DNA from: Cereibacter sphaeroides 2.4.1
GTDB taxonomy: Bacteria; Pseudomonadota; Alphaproteobacteria; Rhodobacterales; Rhodobacteraceae
Reading direction: 5' to 3'
Length of the DNA: 32,000 bases
NCBI RefSeq assembly: GCF_000012905.2
Contig: NC_007493.2
Location: 2,310,001-2,342,000, forward strand
Positions 26,007-32,000 of the stretch are shown piece after piece (within the stretch, counting starts at the first letter, position 1; every line of letters begins with the position of its first letter). The translations under genes and the position numbers were made by a program. The notes beneath the pieces were generated by a model that saw only the letters and a program-made list of their open reading frames with translations, was not told the DNA's origin and did not search any database.

Positions 26007-26522
26007 CTACGGACGCGTGCGCTCGAGAGCGGCCGCATCGTAGCCGCTCCGCTCGAATAGATCGCGCGCTGCGCGCAGCTCCTCGGGCGCGATCTTCGGG
26101 TCGCGGTGCAGCACCCAGCCTGCAATCCGCGTGGGCGTGCCGACCACGAACGTGCGCCCGTCGCGCGACTGGCCGAGGATCCAGTAGTCGCCGCCGAAGG
26201 GCACGCCCTGCAGGTTCACCGTCAGCTTGCCCGGCGCCACCACCTCGGCCGTCCCCGAGATCTCGCGCAGCGTGCCGCCCACCCGGCAGCGGTTGGTCAG
26301 CGCGATGCGCCCGTCCGGCAGCGGCTGGTAGTCGGCCGTGGTGCCCGTGCAGCCCCTCTGGAACGGGGCGGGGTAGCTCGCCACCTCATACCAGCGGCCC
26401 GCGAGATCGACCGGCTGCACCGCCGGATCGAGGAAGAGCGGCGCCCCCAGCCAGCGCTGCGAGGGCACATGCCGCTCGCAGGCCACCAGCGCAAGAAGGG
26501 CGAGCAGGGCCACTGCTTTCAT
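26007..26522 (-). CDS. blc: Bacterial lipocalin (Blc-like) lipoprotein
   Basis: ATG at 26522 with AGGGAG upstream. The product begins MKAVALLALLALVAC (lipobox) and carries the GRWYEVASYP lipocalin signature. It is 171 aa. The upstream part of the listed 268-aa ORF is not coding. Confidence 0.8.
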   Translation of the reverse strand: MKAVALLALLALVACERHVPSQRWLGAPLFLDPAVQPVDLAGRWYEVASYPAPFQRGCTGTTADYQPLPDGRIALTNRCRVGGTLREISGTAEVVAPGKLTVNLQGVPFGGDYWILGQSRDGRTFVVGTPTRIAGWVLHRDPKIAPEELRAARDLFERSGYDAAALERTRP

Positions 26523-26605
26523 CCGGATCTCCCTTGTCCGTTGTCGCATTCCCAGAGGCCCGGCACCCGCGCCGCGCCCCCTCACTGTCTCCGTCTCGGT
26601 CGCGG

Positions 26606-28624
26606 TCACGCGGCGTCGAGCAGCCCCCTGCCCCGCAGCAGCGCCTCCACCCCCGGCATCCGGCCGCGGAACGCGGTATAGAGCGCCTCCGCCTCCTCCG
26701 ATCCGCCGGCCGAGAGCACATGCCGCTCGAGCTTGCGCGCCATCTCGGGATCGAAGGCCCCGCCCGCTTCCTCGAAGGCCGCGAACGCGTCCGCATCCAT
26801 CACCTCGGACCACATGTAACTGTAATAGCCCGCGGAATAGCCGTCGCCAGAGAAGACATGCGCGAAATGCGGCGTGGCATGGCGCATCCGGATCGCCTTC
26901 GGCATCCCGAGCCCCGCCAGCACCTCCGCCTGCTTCGCCATCGGATCGGCCGGGGGCGCGCCCTCGTGGAAGGCCAGATCCACCATCGCCGACGAGATGA
27001 ATTCGACCGTGGCAAAGCCCTGATCGTAGGTCGAGGCCGCGAGCAGCCGCTCGCGCATCTCGGCCGGCATCGGCGCCCCGGTCTGCCAGTGCCGCGCATG
27101 GGCCTCCAGCACCTCCGGCACCTCGAGCCAGTGCTCGTAGAGCTGGCTCGGCAGCTCCACGAAGTCGCGCGCAACCGACGTGCCCGAGATGAAGCCGTAG
27201 GTCACGTCCGACAGCATCTGATGCAGCGCATGGCCGAACTCGTGGAACAGCGTCCGCGCATCGTCCCAGGACAGAAGCGCGGGCTCACCCTTGGCGAAGT
27301 TGCAGACATTGACCACGATCGGCCGCACCTCGCCGCCGAGCCTGCGCTGCCCGCGCATGGTCGAACACCAGGCGCCCGACCGTTTCGAGGACCGCGCAAA
27401 ATAGTCGCCGAGGAACACCGCCATGTGCCGCCCCTCGCGCGTGACGTCCCAGGCGCGCACGTCCGGGTGATAGAGCGGCACGTCGAGCGGCCGGAACTCC
27501 AGCCCGAACAGGCGCCGTGCGCAGTCGAAGGCCGCCTCGATCATCCGCTCGAGCGGCAGGTAGGGCTTCAGCGCCGCCTCATCGAGATCGAACTCGGCCG
27601 CGCGGCGCTTCTCGGAATAATAGCGCCAGTCCCAGGGCTCGAGATCGCCGTTGATTCCGTCGCGGTGCATCATGGCCTCGAGCACCGCCCGGTCCGCCTC
27701 GGCGCGGGCCTTGGCGGGCGTCCAGACCCGCAGCAGCAACTCGCGCACCGCCTCCGGCGTCTTGGCCATCTCGGTCTCGAGCTTGTAGGAGGCAAAGTCC
27801 GGGTAGCCCAGAAGCTGCGCCCGCTCCGACCGCAGCGCAAGGATCTCCGCCGCGACCGCCCGGTTGTCGGAGGCATTGCCGTTCGCCCCCCGCGCCACCC
27901 AGGCCTCGTAAGCCCGCCGCCGCAGCTCGCGCCGCGGCGAGAACTGCAGGAAGGGCACGATCAGCGAGCGGTTGAGCGTGACAATCGGCCCTCCGGCGCC
28001 GCGCTCGGCACCCGCCGCCCGCGCCGTCTCGACCACGAAATCGGGCAGCCCCTCCAGATCCTCCTCGGCGAGCGCCATCGTCCAGTCGCGCTCATCGGCC
28101 AGCAGGTTCTGCGAGAAGGTGGTGCCCAGCACCGCGAGCTGCGCCTTGACAGCTGTCAACTTCTCGGCCTCGGCCCCCTCCAGCTCGGCGCCCGAGCGCA
28201 CGAACATCCGCCGGTAGAGCATCAGCACCCGCTCCTGCTCGGGCGAAAGGCCCAGAGCCTCCCGCCCCTGCCAGAGCGTCTCGATCCGCCGGAAGAGCGG
28301 GCGGTTGTTCACGATCTCGGAGGAAAAGGCCGACATCTTCGGCGCAAGCTCGCGCTGCAGCGCCTCGCGCGCCGCGTTGCTGTCGGCGCCGGCGAGGTTG
28401 TAGAACACCCCCGCCACCCGGTCGAGCGTCTCCTCGGACAGCTCCAGCGCCTCGATCGTATTGGCGAAGGTGGGCGCTTCGGGATTGTCCGCGATGGCCG
28501 CGATCGCCCGGCGCGCCTCCGCGAGTCCCGCCTCGATGGCGGGACCGAACTGGTCGTCGCGGATCTCGGCGAAGGGCGGCAGGGCAAAGGGCGTGGTCCA
28601 GGGGGCGAGCAACGGGTTGGGCAT
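26606..28624 (-). CDS. dcp: M3-family peptidyl-dipeptidase Dcp
   Basis: 672 aa with ATG at 28624 and AAGGAG upstream. The zinc motif is HEFGHALH. The N-terminus NPLLAPWTTPFALPPFAEI is typical of Dcp/oligopeptidase A relatives. Confidence 0.88.
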   Translation of the reverse strand: MPNPLLAPWTTPFALPPFAEIRDDQFGPAIEAGLAEARRAIAAIADNPEAPTFANTIEALELSEETLDRVAGVFYNLAGADSNAAREALQRELAPKMSAFSSEIVNNRPLFRRIETLWQGREALGLSPEQERVLMLYRRMFVRSGAELEGAEAEKLTAVKAQLAVLGTTFSQNLLADERDWTMALAEEDLEGLPDFVVETARAAGAERGAGGPIVTLNRSLIVPFLQFSPRRELRRRAYEAWVARGANGNASDNRAVAAEILALRSERAQLLGYPDFASYKLETEMAKTPEAVRELLLRVWTPAKARAEADRAVLEAMMHRDGINGDLEPWDWRYYSEKRRAAEFDLDEAALKPYLPLERMIEAAFDCARRLFGLEFRPLDVPLYHPDVRAWDVTREGRHMAVFLGDYFARSSKRSGAWCSTMRGQRRLGGEVRPIVVNVCNFAKGEPALLSWDDARTLFHEFGHALHQMLSDVTYGFISGTSVARDFVELPSQLYEHWLEVPEVLEAHARHWQTGAPMPAEMRERLLAASTYDQGFATVEFISSAMVDLAFHEGAPPADPMAKQAEVLAGLGMPKAIRMRHATPHFAHVFSGDGYSAGYYSYMWSEVMDADAFAAFEEAGGAFDPEMARKLERHVLSAGGSEEAEALYTAFRGRMPGVEALLRGRGLLDAA

Positions 28625-28710
28625 GGCGGATCTCCTTCGCCCCCAAGGCTAGGGCGCGACCCGCCTGCCGTCCATCCCCGCCGATCGGGCGGCCATGCCC
28701 TCCCCGCCCG

Positions 28711-29757
28711 TCAGCCGGCGTTGCCCGTCCCGCCGCAGACCGGGCAGCCGGGGCGCGGCTTCAGCCCGATCCGCCGCGTCTCGCCCCAGAGTGCATCGTA
28801 GATCAGCAGCGCACCGCGCAGCGTGGCCCCCGCGCCGGTCAGATGCTTCACCGCCTCGACCGCCATGATCGAGCCCACCACGCCCGGCAGCGGCGCGATC
28901 ACGCCCGCCTCGGCGCAGGTGGGCACGAGGCCCGGCGCCGGCCGCTCGGGGAAGGTGCACTGGAAGCAGGGCCCGCCCGCCGCCGGATGGTAGAGGCTCA
29001 CCTGCCCTTCCCACTGCGCGATGGCGCCCGCGATGAGCGGCTTGCCCGCCGCCACCGCCACCCGGTTGACGAGATAGCGCGTGTCGAAATTGTCGGTCCC
29101 GTCGAGGATCAGGTCATAGTCGGCCAGCAGTGCCGCCGCATTTTCCTCGGTCAGCCGACGCTCGTAGGGCCGCACCTCGATGAAGGGATTGAGCGCCCGC
29201 ATCGCCTCGGCCGCGGAATGGACCTTGGGCCAGCCGATCCGCGCATCGGTATGGATCACCTGCCGCTGCAGGTTCGAGGCCTCGACCTGGTCGGCATCGA
29301 TCACCCCGACCGTCCCCACTCCCGACGCCGCAAGGTAGAGCAGCGCGGGCGAGCCCAGCCCCCCGGCGCCCACCACCAGCACGCGCGCCTGCTTCAGCCG
29401 CTTCTGTCCCGGCCCCCCCACCTCGCGCAGCAGGATATGGCGCGCATAGCGCTCGAGCTCGGCCGGCCGGAAGGCGCCCGGCGCCGCGGCCGGCCGAACG
29501 GGCGCCGCGCGCCGCCGCAGGGCCCCGAGCGCCAGCCGGTAGCCCAGCCCCAGCACCGCAACGCCGCCCAGCACCAGCCAGGGCTCGGCGCGGCCGCCGG
29601 TGGCCGCCCGCAAGGGATGGGCCTCGGGCAGCAGCAGATGGGCCAGCACCACCGCCAGCCACAGACAGGCCAGCATCAGCAGCCTGAGACGTCCCGGCAC
29701 GCCGAAGGCCCAGCCCAGCCCCCAGAGCACCACGGCCAGAAGACCCAGCGCCAGCAT
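28711..29757 (-). CDS. ThiF/MoeB/HesA-family adenylyltransferase (E1-like) with about 90-aa N-terminal triple-TM extension
   Basis: The nucleotide-binding motif is VLVVGAGGLGSPALLYLAASGVG, followed by ASNLQRQ. The CFQC and C-terminal CPVCG zinc motifs are present. The N-terminus [18 protein letters not shown] / LLMLACLWLAVVLAHLLL / WLVLGGVAVLGLGYRLAL is hydrophobic. The ATG at 29757 shares one base with the dut TGA. A GTG at 29760 is the alternative start. Confidence 0.85.
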   Translation of the reverse strand: MLALGLLAVVLWGLGWAFGVPGRLRLLMLACLWLAVVLAHLLLPEAHPLRAATGGRAEPWLVLGGVAVLGLGYRLALGALRRRAAPVRPAAAPGAFRPAELERYARHILLREVGGPGQKRLKQARVLVVGAGGLGSPALLYLAASGVGTVGVIDADQVEASNLQRQVIHTDARIGWPKVHSAAEAMRALNPFIEVRPYERRLTEENAAALLADYDLILDGTDNFDTRYLVNRVAVAAGKPLIAGAIAQWEGQVSLYHPAAGGPCFQCTFPERPAPGLVPTCAEAGVIAPLPGVVGSIMAVEAVKHLTGAGATLRGALLIYDALWGETRRIGLKPRPGCPVCGGTGNAG

Positions 29758-30224
29758 CACGCGGTCCCGGTCGAGCCGAAGCCGCCCGCGCCCCGCGCCG
29801 TGGCCCCGAGCCCGTCTGCCAGCTCGAACCGGGCCTGCACCACGGGCGCCACCACCATCTGCGCGATCCGGTCGCCGTGCGCCACCCGGAAGGGCTCGTC
29901 CCCCAGATTGACGAGGATCACGCCCAAGGGCCCGCGATAGTCGCTGTCGATCGTGCCGGGGCTGTTCGGCAGCGAGATCCCGTGTTTCAGCGCCAGCCCC
30001 GAGCGCGGCCGGATCTGCACCTCGAACCCGTCGGGGATCTCGATCCTGAGCCCGGTCGGCACCAGCACCCGCCCGAGCGGCGCCAGAACCAGCCCCTCGG
30101 CCCGGCTCTCCGGCGGCAGGTTCGCCCTGAGGTCGGCCCCCGCCGCGCCCGCCGTCTCGTAGCCAGGCAGAGGCAGCGCCGTATCCGCCCAGTCTTCCCG
30201 GATCACCCTCACCACCGGCCGCAT
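29757..30224 (-). CDS. dut: dUTP diphosphatase
   Basis: ATG at 30224 with GGAGGCGAGG upstream. The motifs [25 protein letters not shown] and GFGSTG are present. The product is 155 aa. Confidence 0.93.
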   Translation of the reverse strand: MRPVVRVIREDWADTALPLPGYETAGAAGADLRANLPPESRAEGLVLAPLGRVLVPTGLRIEIPDGFEVQIRPRSGLALKHGISLPNSPGTIDSDYRGPLGVILVNLGDEPFRVAHGDRIAQMVVAPVVQARFELADGLGATARGAGGFGSTGTA

Positions 30225-30329
30225 CCTCGCCTCCGTCTCTTCCTGCCCGCCCTCTCCCGCCGGACAGGGCGGGCTTCGGGTCGCGCTTTCATTCTGGTCC
30301 AAATATCCCCGCCGGAGGCGCACGCATCC

Positions 30330-31520
30330 TCAGGCGATCCGCTCGGCGATCCGGGCGGCCAGTCGCTCTGCCACCGCCGCCTTGTCCATCCGCGGCCAGT
30401 CCTCGACGCCCGTTTCGGTGATGAGATGCACCGCATTCTCGGTCCCGCCCATGATGCCCGTCGCAGGCGAGACATCGTTCGCCACGATCCAGTCGCAGCC
30501 CTTGCGGGCGCGCTTGGCGGTGGCATGGGCCAGCACCTCGTCGGTCTCGGCGGCAAAGCCCACCACGAGCCGCGGGCGGCCCTCGGCCCTCCGCGCGACC
30601 GTGGCGAGGATGTCGGGGTTCTCGGCGAAGGAGAGCGCGGGCCCGCCCGTCCCCTTCTTCATCTTCGAGCCGGAGGCATTCTCCACGCGCCAGTCCGCCA
30701 CCGCCGCGGCGAAGATCGCCGCCTCCACCGGCAGCGCCGCCTCGACGGCCGCCATCATCTCGCGCGCCGTCTCGACCCGCACGAGCTCGACCCCGGGCGG
30801 CGGGGGCACGGTCGCGGGCCCGGTGACGAAGGTCACCCGCGCGCCCAGATCGCGCAGGGCCGCGGCGATGGCCGTGCCTTGCGCGCCCGACGAGCGATTG
30901 GCGATATAGCGCACCGGATCGATCGGCTCATGGGTCGGCCCCGAGGTCACCAGCACCCGCCGCCCGGCGAGCGGCCCCGCCCCCAGCGCCGTCTCGATGG
31001 CGGCGAGGATCTCCATCGGCTCGGCCATCCGCCCCGGCCCGTATTCGCCGCAGGCCATGTCGCCCTCGTTCGGCCCCACCGCCAGCACCCCGTCGCACGT
31101 GAGCGTCGCGAGGTTCCGCTGCGTGGCCGGATGCTGCCACATCCGCACGTTCATCGCCGGCGCCATCAGGACGCGCGTGTCGGTGGCCAGCAGCAGCGTC
31201 GAGGCCAGATCGTCCGCCCGGCCCTGCGCCATCCGGGCCATCAGATCGGCCGTCGCAGGCGCCACGACCACCAGATCGGCCACCCGCGACAGGGCGATAT
31301 GCCCCATCTCGGCCTCCTGCGTGAGGTCGAAGAGCTCGCGATGCACCTGCTCGCCCGCCAGTGCCGCAACCGAAAGCGGCGTCACGAATTCCGCCGCGGC
31401 CCGGGTCATGACCGGCGTCACCGCGGCCCCGCCCTCGCGCAGGCGGCGGATCAGCTCCAGCGTCTTGTAGGCCGCGATCCCGCCGCCGATGATGAGGAGT
31501 ATCCGTTTTCCGTCCAGCAT
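30330..31520 (-). CDS. coaBC: Bifunctional phosphopantothenoylcysteine decarboxylase / phosphopantothenate--cysteine ligase
   Basis: ATG at 31520. The product begins MLDGKRILLIIGGGIAAYK (flavoprotein N-domain). PAMNVRMW and the C-terminal CoaB domain (VTSGPTHEPIDPVRYIANRSSG) are present. It is 396 aa. The upstream part of the listed 525-aa ORF is not coding. Confidence 0.95.
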   Translation of the reverse strand: MLDGKRILLIIGGGIAAYKTLELIRRLREGGAAVTPVMTRAAAEFVTPLSVAALAGEQVHRELFDLTQEAEMGHIALSRVADLVVVAPATADLMARMAQGRADDLASTLLLATDTRVLMAPAMNVRMWQHPATQRNLATLTCDGVLAVGPNEGDMACGEYGPGRMAEPMEILAAIETALGAGPLAGRRVLVTSGPTHEPIDPVRYIANRSSGAQGTAIAAALRDLGARVTFVTGPATVPPPPGVELVRVETAREMMAAVEAALPVEAAIFAAAVADWRVENASGSKMKKGTGGPALSFAENPDILATVARRAEGRPRLVVGFAAETDEVLAHATAKRARKGCDWIVANDVSPATGIMGGTENAVHLITETGVEDWPRMDKAAVAERLAARIAERIA

Positions 31521-31582
31521 TCCGTGCCCCCCGAGGCCGAAGCCAAGCTGTAGGGGCCCGGGCCGGGCGTGACAAGCCGCTC

Positions 31583-32000
31583 TCAGCCCGCCCCGCCGCC
31601 CTCCGCGAAGCCCGCACACGGGTCGGGCCGCGGCGCCGGCGCCGTCACCAGCCACAGATCGAAAGGCACCTCCCCCTCGGGCGGCGCCTCGAACTGGCCG
31701 ATGGACAGGACCCGCAGCGCGGGCGCCGCCTCGGCCAGCAGAGCCGGCACGCCCACGTCGCGCCGCGCATGGCCCGTGCCGGTGATGACGGCGACCGGGC
31801 CGCCGGTCTCCTCCATCGCCTCCATCACCGCGCGCGCGAGCGCCGCATCGCGCAGCCGCTGCGCCTCGACCATGCCGGACAGGAGATCGGCCGGCAGCGC
31901 CCCGCAATGGGCCACCCTCTGCTCCTCGATCCGCTCCGCCAGATCCTCGGGCGCGAGCGGCCGGTCGAGGCCGAAGCGGGCGGCCTCGGCCCCGAACGCC
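31583..32000 (-). CDS. ChaN-like (Cofac_haem_bdg / Tiki-fold) protein, C-terminal fragment; gene continues past window end
   Basis: The reading frame is open to the window edge. The segment ...EAQRLRDAALARAVMEAMEETGGPVAVITGTGHARRDVGVPALL resembles the conserved GxGH(v/a)r..GvP block of ChaN-family proteins. This assignment is from memory. Confidence 0.5.
   Translation of the reverse strand, partial: AFGAEAARFGLDRPLAPEDLAERIEEQRVAHCGALPADLLSGMVEAQRLRDAALARAVMEAMEETGGPVAVITGTGHARRDVGVPALLAEAAPALRVLSIGQFEAPPEGEVPFDLWLVTAPAPRPDPCAGFAEGGGAG

Noticed and set aside
22952-26125. 1057-aa minus-strand ORF
   Set aside because: It is antisense to cspA, the esterase and betC. The composition is low-complexity R/G/A/P.
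25955-28801. 948-aa + strand ORF
   Set aside because: It is antisense to blc and dcp, and has no motifs.
1-32000. Search for a mobile element, prophage, defence island, tRNA or rRNA
   Set aside because: I recognised no transposase, integrase, phage or restriction/toxin-like domains. I saw no terminal inverted repeats bounding a block, and nothing resembling tRNA or rRNA. The only compositional anomaly is the short AT-rich promoter island upstream of acs.

Overview
High-GC (about two-thirds G+C by eye) chromosomal segment that looks alphaproteobacterial and Rhodobacterales-like; this placement is inferred from the class I LysRS, gene content and codon style. The window is densely coding. I support about 31 protein-coding genes, including one 50-codon gene that is below the ORF-track cutoff and one frameshifted transporter. 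I found no rRNA, tRNA, CRISPR array, transposase, integrase or phage genes. Most genes are housekeeping: truA, acs, adk, class I lysyl-tRNA synthetase, osmC, nadD, ettA, cspA, betC, dcp, dut and coaBC. Many long ORFs in the track are antisense shadows of these genes, which is typical of high-GC DNA. The most interesting part is an eight-gene minus-strand operon at 1483-11216. It runs acs - adk - DUF4212 small subunit - SSS symporter, followed by four tightly packed genes. These are a cNMP/CBS/pol-beta-type nucleotidyltransferase (DUF294-like), an orphan two-TM protein, a stand-alone CheY receiver, and a TM-HAMP-PAS-degenerate histidine kinase core fused to a DEDDh exonuclease. I read these four genes as an uncharacterised nucleotide-based signalling or processing module wired to acetate uptake and activation. 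Other observations:
- A +1 frameshift in a C8/G8 homopolymer in a SulP/STAS transporter.
- About 3.3 degenerate tandem copies of the nadD 3' end.
- An HSL-family esterase with Asp in place of the nucleophilic Ser.
- A membrane-anchored ThiF/MoeB-like enzyme.
- A roughly 35-nt intergenic motif present twice.
- An AT-rich island upstream of acs.
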